Part shown: positions 1-9,603 of the stretch, piece by piece
How the letters are laid out: every line of letters starts with the position of its first letter
How positions within the stretch are numbered: position 1 is the stretch's first letter
From: a virus
DNA: 64,000 nucleotides
IMG/VR virus record: IMGVR_UViG_3300014208_000033
Span: 32,001-96,000 of that record
Reading direction: 5' to 3' (one strand)
Notes under the pieces: generated by a model
The model's input: only the letters and a program-made list of their open reading frames with translations
The model's database searches: none
Told to the model about the DNA's origin: nothing
Translations under genes and position numbers: made by a program

Positions 1-618
1 TCTAAGCTTATGAAGCAGCAGTTCAAAGAGTACATGGGTGGGTTAGTTGACTCACTCTCTGGTAAGATCGCAACTGATCTTGTTAATGGTACTCTGAAGC
101 TCAAAGATATCTTCAAGCAGTTCGTTAAGGATATGATTGCTGAAGCTATCAAGCTTTTCATCATCAAGCAAATCCTTGGTGGTCTTGGCGGGTTATTCGG
201 TGGTGGATCTGCTGTTGGTGGCGCTGGTTCTGTTGGTAAGGATTTCGGTGGTGCTGAAAAGATGGGTTCTAAATTCGCTTTTGGTTCACTTATGAAAGGT
301 GTTATCAAAGCTGCTGGTGGTTCACCTTCATCTGGTTTTGGTGGTGGGTATCAAGGTTCAGATTCAGTTCACGCATTACTTAAGCCTGATGAAATCGTTC
401 TGAACTCATCTGCTTCTCAGATGTTCAGAAACATGGCTCTGAACGGTGGTTCACTTGGTGGCGGCGGAACTACAGTTCAATTGAACGTTACTACGATGGA
501 CGCTAATAGCTTCAAGCAGAATTACAACTCAATGATCAGACCTCTCATTCAAGGTGACTTCAAGAAAAACGCTACGTTCAGACGTACTGCACAAGAGTCA
601 ATAGAAGGAAAGATTTAA
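1..618 (+). CDS. Tail tape measure protein, C-terminal part (5' truncated by the window)
   Basis: Gly/Ala-rich helical region (GGLGGLFGGG), TMP-type C-terminal motif DSVHALLKPDEIVLN, directly upstream of tail-tip genes. Confidence 0.75.
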   Translation, partial: SKLMKQQFKEYMGGLVDSLSGKIATDLVNGTLKLKDIFKQFVKDMIAEAIKLFIIKQILGGLGGLFGGGSAVGGAGSVGKDFGGAEKMGSKFAFGSLMKGVIKAAGGSPSSGFGGGYQGSDSVHALLKPDEIVLNSSASQMFRNMALNGGSLGGGGTTVQLNVTTMDANSFKQNYNSMIRPLIQGDFKKNATFRRTAQESIEGKI

Positions 619-1430
619 TGACTAATGCAGCTTATATAATCGATTACGGTAGTTATAGCGCCGGCTTTAACAAGCTGGCGCACTCTTCTTGTTCTGCTAC
701 GTTGAACAATGAGAACACTACATACCCATTTGAAAATCTGATAGATCAAATGGCTAGTAAGCCATGCAGGTTCACATCTAAGAACGACAACATAATCAAC
801 ATTGACTTCGTTACATCTCAAGAGTGTGATTACGTCGGTATCATCGGGCATAACTTAACATCGTCTGCTAGTATCACACTCGAAAATGACACAACTGACG
901 TTTACGGTGTTCCTGACCTTGACGTTACGATACCATACTCATCTGATGAGATACACTATCTGATAACTGGAAATGACACAAATAGATATTGGAGACTCAC
1001 TATAAGTGATCCGAATAATCCAACTCTTCCGTTCGTTGGAGAGATCATCTTAGGTAAGCTAGTGTATCTCACTCAGAACTTCAATTGGAATGTGGTGTTT
1101 GGTGAAGAGTACAAGAACGTTCATCACACTACAGACTACGGTAACGTATGGTCATACTATTTAGCTAGAACTCGCTCAGTGAATGGTATGGACTTCGTTA
1201 ACATATCGAACACAACTGCTGAAGAAATCTCTCTAATGTATAAGGGGACAATGGGAGGCCGGTTCCCATTGGTGATGTTATGGGATATAGACACTTATCC
1301 AGACAAGTCAGTATTCGGTAGGTTAGCAGATCAGGTAGGTCGAGCCCTTGCGTTCGTGAATGTGAATACGGTTCAAGGAATGTCAGTACAGGGGTTGCCG
1401 TACTGTAAAGAAATAGATGATACGGAGTAA
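618..1430 (+). CDS. Tail-tip/distal tail protein
   Basis: Follows TMP with overlapping stop/start (TAATG); discoidin-like RYWRLTI...GEIILG motif typical of minor tail proteins. Confidence 0.6.
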   Translation: MTNAAYIIDYGSYSAGFNKLAHSSCSATLNNENTTYPFENLIDQMASKPCRFTSKNDNIINIDFVTSQECDYVGIIGHNLTSSASITLENDTTDVYGVPDLDVTIPYSSDEIHYLITGNDTNRYWRLTISDPNNPTLPFVGEIILGKLVYLTQNFNWNVVFGEEYKNVHHTTDYGNVWSYYLARTRSVNGMDFVNISNTTAEEISLMYKGTMGGRFPLVMLWDIDTYPDKSVFGRLADQVGRALAFVNVNTVQGMSVQGLPYCKEIDDTE

Positions 1431-1432
1431 AG

Positions 1433-4400
1433 ATGTTCGCTTGGGATGGATACTTCAACGCTTCTGCTGAACCTGATGCATCCACCCCCGTCTGGACTAA
1501 GACGGGGGTGGATCATGTCACAGCTAGCGCGAATACGTTAGTGTTCGCTAACTGTGGTACAGACCAGTGTTACTATGAGAGAACCTTTACACTCAGAGAT
1601 GATTCATTCTTCCTGTTAGACTTCAAAGCTAAGGTTGAAACTGGTCTTGTTACTAGACAAGTATGCTCATTCAACATAGTCAACTTGTTCAATCAGTTCG
1701 TTGTATTAGACATAGTTGATGGTAAGATTTTCGTCAACAGGACCGATGAGACAGTTGAGTGGTTTGAAGATGAGATCGCTTACGACACAACTTCAGACTA
1801 TGTTCACTTCCAGATAAAGTTCCTGTACACTGGTGAGTATTATGTGTTCATTGAAAACCAGTTGTTCGTAACAGGTAAGAGTACATATCAAACTCCATTC
1901 TATACAGCAAACAGAGTATTTTTCGGTAAGGTAAGCACTACAAGTGAAAATCATGAGTTCTTCATAGATGAAGTCAAATACGCTACTGTAAGTGATATCG
2001 GTGATGTGTCATCTACCTTTGCCGTTGAGGTAGATAAGACTGGTAATGAGCCTATCATAGCTATTGAGGCTCAGTTAGACTCTTCAGTTGTGAAAGAGTC
2101 ATTCGACAGTCATACGAACTTCACAGCTTATGGGAGTGCTGATACTTTATCAACTGATATAGTTACTAAAGAGCAAGGTGCTGGTGCAGTAAAGTTCAAT
2201 AAAGCAACTTCATCTGCATTAGTGAATGATGTTGTATATGATGGAGTAGCATTACCGGGTTCCTCTACACCATCATGGACTGTTGTAGGAACAGAATCAG
2301 CAAGTGTAGGAAGTGGTACATTAACTATAGCTGATTGTGGAATAGATCAGTGCATTTACAGTAAAACTATTACTCCTCTAGTAGACGGTGAAAGCTATTG
2401 GTTGAAAGCAAGAGTTTTTGTGGATGGTGGTGCCGGAAGCAATGAGAAACATTGTATTCGTTTAGGATCTTCTAAAGAAGTTGTCGTTACATTATACTGG
2501 AGTAGATTGTACATTTCTGGTACAACTGAATTAGATTATTCGGCTAACTTATCCTCAGACTTTGTTATAATCATAATAAGAGTAAAATACGATGGAACGT
2601 ACTATGTGTATCTGAATGACACTTTAATTAGAACCGGAGCCGGTCATGATCTAGCGTCCCCTGCTGTTTCATTTGGAAAATCCAAAACAGGAGTTGCACC
2701 TGCTGGTCCGGTTCCGTTTTTTATAGACTATATTGAGTACAGCAAATTAAAAGATTCGATATATTCTTCATTGAATATGTACAACGGTGCTTACTCCGGT
2801 CTTACTCGAACTAACCACTTACAGCTTACAGACTTCAACAGAGGCCGCACCTCATTCTATATCCCCGCTGTTGATCTCGCAAAGGTTTCTAAGCTGCATG
2901 TTGTGTTGGATGAGAGTACAGACCTTAGTAAGTATTCACACTATGAGAAAACGACTGGTCTTGTAGCTGGATGGAACCACTTTGACTACACCTTAGCTTC
3001 ACCTGATAATGTAGTCGGGACTCCTACAAGAGATGATATCTTGAGGTCGTTCTACTATTACGAATTTTCGCAATCTAGCGACACCTCTACTGGACTCATC
3101 ATCGACAACAACAAATACTTCTACTTTGCGGATGATACTGCTAGGTGGGCTAAGACTGATATCTTAGGGTACACCAACAACCACTTTTGGGAAGGTAGAG
3201 TCTTATCATTTGGAGCAGTTGAGCGTTCACTATCTGAGAGACGAGGGCTCTTTGACATTGGTGGTCTGTCAATCGTATTAGCTAACACAGATAAGAACTT
3301 CTTAACTAAGTACAATAAGTATGGTAGAGCCCCAGGCTTTAAGAACAAGACTATCTCAGTCAAATTGGGTTATCGTAACATTCCGTATTCTCAGTGGGAA
3401 AAGATATATGAAGGAGTCATCGAAGAGATAGGTATTGCTGGTAGGTGCTTTACTATTGATGTAGCCGACTACACCAAGATGTATTTTGATCGTGTTCCGA
3501 AGAACTTATTAGATCCTGTTGACTTTACTGCAATAGATGAAGGTGACAAATACACACCTGCACCAATAATTTATGGTGCTATTAGTGCTACGGGTGGCGC
3601 GCTTCCTACTATATATGTAGGTGAGCATGTACACACAAAGCATTACTACATCATTGCAGGTCACTATTGCAAGTCAGGAACATGCGAACTTTACGTCGAT
3701 GAGCAACTTTTTGCTTCTGGCGGAACACTCTTATATGGAGAAGGTGTAGACGAAGTAGCCATAGCTGTTTCATTCGTCGTTGACTACGATTACACGATCA
3801 ACGGCAAGAACTACTGTGTAATCGTTGTCGATGAGATAGACAATCCTGATTATGATCCAGGTACAGAAGGAAGTTTAGAACACATCAATCCGTTTGATGG
3901 TCGTGATATCACTGTTAACATCAGTGGTAAGACGATTGATGGTACTTCTGCTGGAACTCTTCTCACTGACGTAGTTGATTCGTTCTACGATTTTCTCACT
4001 GTTGAAAATCTTGTACCTGTTGCTCTTATTGACACGGTTTCATTTGCTGCAACTAAAGTGATCTTGAATCAACGAAATCAGATCATGGCAGGTGCGGTAG
4101 TTGCAGATAAATCAACTGAAGATGTTATCGAGGAAATATGTGTTTCTCATAACATCGACTTTTACTTCACTAAAGAAGGAAAGTTTGCTATAAGCACTTT
4201 CAATCCAGCTAAGTCTGACGTTACTACGAAAATAGTAACTGACGAAAGTGATATTCTTCAAAGCTCGTTCAAGATCAATCCAGGTGTTTCGATCCTTGTG
4301 AATAGAATCAGATTCCGGTATGACTACAATTACGTTAAAGAAACATGGGAGGGGTCGAATAAGTCTGAACGTCAAGAGTCAATTGATAAAGCTGGTCAGA

Positions 4401-4861
4401 TACATGATTGGCCCAACGGCTATTATGACTTCTATTGGGCTAGAACATATACTCCATGCAATAACGTCATATCTAAGCAGTTAGATAAGTTCAGTAATGG
4501 TCGTTTCACAGTAGAGATGGATCTTCCTCTCTCGATCTACGACAAAGACCTTACTGATAAAGTCAAGGTATCTAATGCTGAAGCTCCTCCTTCATTGGAC
4601 TCTGGTGCTAACGCTGATCCAGGTTGGACTGAACACCTTTGCGTTATTAGAAGGATGAGCCTGGACTTAGACAACCTCAAGGCTAATGTAAGCATGGAGA
4701 ACGTTCAAGACTTAGCTCAAGCATGTTTCTACTTCGGTGATCGAGATACATATACACCACTATGGGTAAATGCTTCTACAGAAGAGAAACTTCATGGTTA
4801 TTTGTGTGATAGATCAACAGGTCAATTCAGTAACAACGATGCAGGTATTAAACTCTGTTAG
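1433..4861 (+). CDS. Large tail/baseplate hub protein with duplicated N-terminal lectin-like domains
   Basis: 1142 aa, beta-rich; internal repeat (PVWT..CGTDQCYY / PSWT..CGIDQCIY); C-terminal hub-like segment (PIIYG...NRIRFRYDY). Confidence 0.6.
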   Translation: MFAWDGYFNASAEPDASTPVWTKTGVDHVTASANTLVFANCGTDQCYYERTFTLRDDSFFLLDFKAKVETGLVTRQVCSFNIVNLFNQFVVLDIVDGKIFVNRTDETVEWFEDEIAYDTTSDYVHFQIKFLYTGEYYVFIENQLFVTGKSTYQTPFYTANRVFFGKVSTTSENHEFFIDEVKYATVSDIGDVSSTFAVEVDKTGNEPIIAIEAQLDSSVVKESFDSHTNFTAYGSADTLSTDIVTKEQGAGAVKFNKATSSALVNDVVYDGVALPGSSTPSWTVVGTESASVGSGTLTIADCGIDQCIYSKTITPLVDGESYWLKARVFVDGGAGSNEKHCIRLGSSKEVVVTLYWSRLYISGTTELDYSANLSSDFVIIIIRVKYDGTYYVYLNDTLIRTGAGHDLASPAVSFGKSKTGVAPAGPVPFFIDYIEYSKLKDSIYSSLNMYNGAYSGLTRTNHLQLTDFNRGRTSFYIPAVDLAKVSKLHVVLDESTDLSKYSHYEKTTGLVAGWNHFDYTLASPDNVVGTPTRDDILRSFYYYEFSQSSDTSTGLIIDNNKYFYFADDTARWAKTDILGYTNNHFWEGRVLSFGAVERSLSERRGLFDIGGLSIVLANTDKNFLTKYNKYGRAPGFKNKTISVKLGYRNIPYSQWEKIYEGVIEEIGIAGRCFTIDVADYTKMYFDRVPKNLLDPVDFTAIDEGDKYTPAPIIYGAISATGGALPTIYVGEHVHTKHYYIIAGHYCKSGTCELYVDEQLFASGGTLLYGEGVDEVAIAVSFVVDYDYTINGKNYCVIVVDEIDNPDYDPGTEGSLEHINPFDGRDITVNISGKTIDGTSAGTLLTDVVDSFYDFLTVENLVPVALIDTVSFAATKVILNQRNQIMAGAVVADKSTEDVIEEICVSHNIDFYFTKEGKFAISTFNPAKSDVTTKIVTDESDILQSSFKINPGVSILVNRIRFRYDYNYVKETWEGSNKSERQESIDKAGQIHDWPNGYYDFYWARTYTPCNNVISKQLDKFSNGRFTVEMDLPLSIYDKDLTDKVKVSNAEAPPSLDSGANADPGWTEHLCVIRRMSLDLDNLKANVSMENVQDLAQACFYFGDRDTYTPLWVNASTEEKLHGYLCDRSTGQFSNNDAGIKLC

Positions 4862-4864
4862 GAA

Positions 4865-6199
4865 GTGACAATGACCTATCCTATATTCACAGACATAGCT
4901 GATTATGTGCTTGATCAGCTATACGGTTATCAGGATGCGAATGAGAACATTCATAATGCTATCAGACTTAGAGACGCATTTGACGTAGAGCATACATGGT
5001 CAAACACTGACGATACAGCTTTAGGTACTCATAACTTAGGGACTATGGCTGCTGGTTATCTTAAGACAAGTACATCAACAGGGGCAGTTTCGGCTTCTAA
5101 TTGGGGTACTAGAATTTCTATTACTACAGAATATTCGTTTAATCCAACTATGAAAGTATCTGCAACTAGCGGTCATGAAATGTATATTGTAAGCGGTTAT
5201 ATCTCTAATGATTACCATCCTGCTTATGGTGTAACTGCTTTGTTAGGAAAAGATACTTCTGGTGGAATGTCAACTTCTGTATATAACACATTTATAACAT
5301 TTGCTTATGATGGAGGAACGTCTTATTATATCTGGCGTTATGTTACAGCTTCTCCTCCTCATAATCTTGGTGAAATTGAAAACTGGGGTCAATTCGTTTA
5401 TGTTCATAGAAAAAAATCAGATGGTAAACTAATACAAATAGCTACTTTCGATGATGCTATATGGGCTTCTGGTAAAATCGGTTTACCGAAAAATCATCCT
5501 TATAGAATTAAGTTCTGTCCTAATCCTTGGCCTGAGTTAGTTCTTGCTGAAGACGAAGAAATAATATTACTTGATCTTCGTCATCTTAATGTCAAGGAAC
5601 AGTTCTTACGAGAGAAGTTCCTTTACGATAAACTTGTGTCTGAACATCAAATGTTCTTAGACTCAGGTATCTCTGAAGCTGATGTAATGAAGTTTGAAAA
5701 TGCACAGTTAGAAAAAGTTCGTAAAGAAACTCTTCAGATCTCTAAAGCACAGAATGACAATCATAACGTCGCTGATGAAAAAGAAAAAGCTTTAAGAAAA
5801 CTGAAGAAGAAAGATCTCTCAGAAGATGACATGTTCTTAGCTGCTAAGATCACTGATGATATTTTCAATCGTCTTCAGACAAAGATTGATCGTCGTCTCA
5901 AGTTCATGAGTAAAATCGATATCATCAAAGAAGCTTGTGATAGAAATGAAACGTCACTTGCTGAAGAGATAATGAACGGAAATCTTTCTGAAGTGAATGC
6001 AGAACATGAACTGAGTGACAAGCACTTACTTCCTCAGGTGGAAGAGTTCACAAAATCAGTGAGAGTTCTTTGTTCAAGTAAGAACACTGATATCAATGAC
6101 TTCAAAACAAAAGCTCTTTTATCGGTTGATCGTCTGAAGAAAAATCCTGTAATTCCCAGTGAAGAACCTAAACCTCCCAAGGAAGAAGGGAAAGTCTAA
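4865..6199 (+). CDS. Tail-associated protein (beta-rich N-terminus, charged coiled-coil C-terminus)
   Basis: Position in the tail operon and bipartite composition. Confidence 0.4.
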   Translation: MTMTYPIFTDIADYVLDQLYGYQDANENIHNAIRLRDAFDVEHTWSNTDDTALGTHNLGTMAAGYLKTSTSTGAVSASNWGTRISITTEYSFNPTMKVSATSGHEMYIVSGYISNDYHPAYGVTALLGKDTSGGMSTSVYNTFITFAYDGGTSYYIWRYVTASPPHNLGEIENWGQFVYVHRKKSDGKLIQIATFDDAIWASGKIGLPKNHPYRIKFCPNPWPELVLAEDEEIILLDLRHLNVKEQFLREKFLYDKLVSEHQMFLDSGISEADVMKFENAQLEKVRKETLQISKAQNDNHNVADEKEKALRKLKKKDLSEDDMFLAAKITDDIFNRLQTKIDRRLKFMSKIDIIKEACDRNETSLAEEIMNGNLSEVNAEHELSDKHLLPQVEEFTKSVRVLCSSKNTDINDFKTKALLSVDRLKKNPVIPSEEPKPPKEEGKV

Positions 6200-6642
6200 T
6201 GAACCGTCTGTTTATGTTCCTGTTGGCTATGTGTTTTTTCTGCTCATCATTATTTGCTACAGTCTCTATCACTGATATTCGTGAAAAAGGATACATGACT
6301 GTTCTCGGTTCTGCAACTGCTGTTGCTAGTACCGCTACAGTTTACACTGACCCTATTTCTGTTATGGGTACAGAATATCATGGTGTCTATTTCAAACTGA
6401 ACGGCACTACTCCTAGCGTAAAGGTTTACATTCAGTCTTCATATTGCACCACATCAGCTACTTTTGGAGATATCAACACTAACTCCCTTTGCGCCACTAT
6501 TGCTAGCTCAACGGTTCCTTTCATTGACAACATCACTATCCCTGCTATGGGCTACATTCGCTTCAAGATCGTCGGTCAGGCTGGTAATGGTGCTGGTACT
6601 ACATTCGATGGCGTGATCTATCGAGACTCGAAGGTGAAGTAA
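6199..6642 (+). CDS. Signal-peptide-bearing beta-sandwich protein
   Basis: N-terminus MNRLFMFLLAMCFFCSSLFA; Thr-rich beta strands. Confidence 0.55.
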   Translation: MNRLFMFLLAMCFFCSSLFATVSITDIREKGYMTVLGSATAVASTATVYTDPISVMGTEYHGVYFKLNGTTPSVKVYIQSSYCTTSATFGDINTNSLCATIASSTVPFIDNITIPAMGYIRFKIVGQAGNGAGTTFDGVIYRDSKVK

Positions 6643-6643
6643 C

Positions 6644-7780
6644 ATGTTACGAATTTTCGTAATCGTGGCGCTCCTCTGTGCTTGCACAGCGGAAGCGTCC
6701 TTCAACAAAGACACTTTCACTACTCCCACAGGTGTTGCGCCTATTGGCAACGGCTGGACGATGGACACCTCGTCTGGTAACTTAGTGTTCAAATACAATG
6801 ACGTTGAGAAAGGTTCTCTTACTCAAGCGGGTGTCTTTACCGCTGCTACCGTTACAGCTAGCACCGCTCTTAATGCCGCTGCTGTTCGTGATGCTGCTGG
6901 TACTGGTGCGGTTGCATTAACAAATGGAGCCGTCGTTTCCGCGAGCAAGGGCGTGCTGTTCACTGGTGGAGCCGCGCCTACAGCACCAACTACCGGAATC
7001 ATGATCTACGGTGGCACTCTTGCTAATCAATGTGTAGAGATTCAAGGTGCGAGCGGTGCTAAGTCTGGTCTTTCGGCTACTAGGCTCGCCCTCGGCCCGG
7101 CGGGGTCGGCGTTGCCGAGCTACGTCGGGTGCTACAAGGGGTATCCGACGTGGACCGATGGCGCCGTTGAGGCCATAGACGTTTCCGGGTCTGGCGTTGG
7201 CGGCACCGGAGATTTCTATGTAAAGGGCACCGGTAGCGGATTTGGATTCGCGTCAAGCGGGGACACGTCGTTTACGGCTACTCAAATAGGATCAGACGGC
7301 TTTAGGAGCAAGGCATTAACTGCCCCCGCTCCGCTAACCTACGGCCTCACCCTCCCCGGCAGCGCCGCCCCCTCCGCTCCGACGACGGGCGTCGTGCTCT
7401 ACGCGGATCTCGTCGGCGCTGGCGTGAACCCGACGGTATATGCGCTCAAGGCCACGTCTGGCTACTCGAATATCCAAGCGGGGGTCGTTTCTGGATCAAC
7501 CGTCTTTGGGTCAACCGTCAAGGGCACCAATTTTTATGGTGGTTCCTCCGCTAGCGGAGCGGGAACCGCAGTTCCGCTTAGTATCGGCGCTTACACGCCG
7601 ACAGGCTACGGCATCGGCATCGGCGTTGCCGCTCCGACGTTCAACGGGCTCAGGATACTCAAGGGGACGAACCCGTTGGTGGGGTATGCGGATACTGCTG
7701 CTATTTATACAGACTCAGCTTCAGAGAGTTTAATCTGTACGTTTGACACTGGTGCTGTTACAGCCGTCACGCATCCATAG
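6644..7780 (+). CDS. Signal-peptide-bearing Gly/Ala/Thr-rich fibre-like protein
   Basis: MLRIFVIVALLCACTAEA (AxA cleavage site); internal repeat APTAPTTG/APSAPTTG; GC-rich 3' half. Confidence 0.55.
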   Translation: MLRIFVIVALLCACTAEASFNKDTFTTPTGVAPIGNGWTMDTSSGNLVFKYNDVEKGSLTQAGVFTAATVTASTALNAAAVRDAAGTGAVALTNGAVVSASKGVLFTGGAAPTAPTTGIMIYGGTLANQCVEIQGASGAKSGLSATRLALGPAGSALPSYVGCYKGYPTWTDGAVEAIDVSGSGVGGTGDFYVKGTGSGFGFASSGDTSFTATQIGSDGFRSKALTAPAPLTYGLTLPGSAAPSAPTTGVVLYADLVGAGVNPTVYALKATSGYSNIQAGVVSGSTVFGSTVKGTNFYGGSSASGAGTAVPLSIGAYTPTGYGIGIGVAAPTFNGLRILKGTNPLVGYADTAAIYTDSASESLICTFDTGAVTAVTHP

Positions 7781-7791
7781 TGTTAACTTAA

Positions 7792-7828
7792 TCTCACCTA
7801 GATACGTTCAACTCGTATCTAGGTGAGA
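7792..7828 (+). other. Perfect 15-bp stem hairpin (RNA processing/stabilising element or terminator)
   Basis: TCTCACCTAGATACG-ttcaact-CGTATCTAGGTGAGA; intergenic; no U-tract. Confidence 0.6.
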
Positions 7829-7845
7829 GCCTATAAAGGAGGGCA

Positions 7846-8526
7846 ATGTATCATTTAATCTTTTTCTTATTATTAGCAAATACCTTATTTGCTTCTGCTC
7901 CAGCTAACTTATCTGAGAACACATATCTCCCAGCAAATCATATCATTGAACAAGTTATTTTGTGGCCTGCTAAAGCTAAAGGACTTCAAGACCTCGGTCC
8001 TGATTGGCCTGATGCAGAACAACGAACACTTGGTAGTGGGATATTGTTACAGGTTTATGCTTTCAGCCCATCTGCTGTAGAAACTTATTATGGAACTTGG
8101 CATCCACTTCATCACACAACTAGATCAGGTCAGTGCTATTTTGATTTGCATTATAAGATGAACTCAGCAGATACAGGTACAGTTAGGATGACAGCTTCAT
8201 TTTGGACATGTCATCCTGGGACTGACTTAGCCGCACTTGGTGCTGCTACAGCTACAACATCTTGGACAATTGACCCTAGAGACACAGCAGCTTATGACGA
8301 TGCCAACTTCTATGCTATTGCGTATTCTGGCACTGTTAATGGTGGTCAGATGGGGCAGATCAACATAGCTGATCTTGGTCTTACGTCAATTCAAGATGAA
8401 GTAATTTACATGCTTAGGCGAGATGCAACAGACGGAACAAATGATACTCATACAGGTGATCTTGACTTAATTAGACTTGAAGCGCATTATGCTGTGTACG
8501 GACAAATCTTAAGCATAGGAGAGTAG
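7846..8526 (+). CDS. Signal-peptide-bearing protein, jelly-roll-like
   Basis: RBS AAGGAGG; MYHLIFFLLLANTLFA; C-terminal LRRDATD..DTHTGD motif. Confidence 0.5.
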   Translation: MYHLIFFLLLANTLFASAPANLSENTYLPANHIIEQVILWPAKAKGLQDLGPDWPDAEQRTLGSGILLQVYAFSPSAVETYYGTWHPLHHTTRSGQCYFDLHYKMNSADTGTVRMTASFWTCHPGTDLAALGAATATTSWTIDPRDTAAYDDANFYAIAYSGTVNGGQMGQINIADLGLTSIQDEVIYMLRRDATDGTNDTHTGDLDLIRLEAHYAVYGQILSIGE

Positions 8527-9591
8527 ATGACTAAGTATTTGATCTTAGCACTTGCAATTATTGTTGGAGGGTGGTGGTTAACACCACTTGAGGCACAGTT
8601 AACTCCTTCAAGAGAGACGGGCGTGTTGAACTGGGATTCTAACAAGTTTCAATTTAGCGTTAGCGGAACACCTGTTCTTACTGTAGCTTCTACTGGTGAT
8701 ATAACTTCTAAAACATTAATAATTGAAAAACAAAATCCTGGGATTGATCCAACTCCATCTACTTCTGGTTATATTTCATGGGTAGATTTAAATGGAATTG
8801 CCTGTTATCCGGTTATGCATATTGTTGGAAACGGAAGTAATTTGGCAATTGGAAGTTCTGCTCTTAAATCAAACACTACAGGAAAAGATAATTTAGCAGT
8901 AGGAACTCAGGCTTTATATTCAAACACAACAGGAAGTTATAACCTAGCCGTTGGAATCTATTCATTAGATGCTAATACAACAGGAAATAATAACTTAGCT
9001 GTTGGGTATAATTCCATGACTCGTAATACCACAGGGTATTCTAATTTAACAGTTGGAGATTCGACAGCGATATATAGTACAACCGGGAATAGCAATTTAA
9101 GTGTTGGTTATAAATCAAGTTACTATAGAACAACTGGAAGTAATAATTTATCAGTTGGCCGATTTTCGAGTTATTATGGAACAACCGGAAGTGACAACGT
9201 AGCAATAGGTGGTTATTCTTTAGAAAATGTTTCTTATGGTATAGGAAATATAGCTATTGGTTATTGTGCAGCAGAAAGTTCTTTAGTTGATGAAGATGAG
9301 GACATAGGTTCTTCGGTTAATAACATTATTGCTTTAGGTGCATATTCTTGTCGTGATGTACCAAATGACGCTAGTAACATCATATCATTAGGTTATTGTA
9401 GTGGGACAACTCCGGTTAGTAATAATGTGTATATCGGCGGTTTCCAAGATGGGGTTCAATATCCTCTTCATCATAACTGGGAAGTCCCTGCTGCTGATGT
9501 TACCGCTGCTGTTGCTACCGCTAGCACTACCAAATTGAAGATCACAATCAATCGGGTAGATTACTATATACTTATGACAACTGTTCCCTAA
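8527..9591 (+). CDS. Signal-peptide-bearing fibre/adhesin with YadA-like head repeats
   Basis: MTKYLILALAIIVGG..LEA; about nine 16-aa NTTGxxNLAVG repeats. Confidence 0.65.
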   Translation: MTKYLILALAIIVGGWWLTPLEAQLTPSRETGVLNWDSNKFQFSVSGTPVLTVASTGDITSKTLIIEKQNPGIDPTPSTSGYISWVDLNGIACYPVMHIVGNGSNLAIGSSALKSNTTGKDNLAVGTQALYSNTTGSYNLAVGIYSLDANTTGNNNLAVGYNSMTRNTTGYSNLTVGDSTAIYSTTGNSNLSVGYKSSYYRTTGSNNLSVGRFSSYYGTTGSDNVAIGGYSLENVSYGIGNIAIGYCAAESSLVDEDEDIGSSVNNIIALGAYSCRDVPNDASNIISLGYCSGTTPVSNNVYIGGFQDGVQYPLHHNWEVPAADVTAAVATASTTKLKITINRVDYYILMTTVP

Positions 9592-9603
9592 AGAAAGGAT
9601 TCG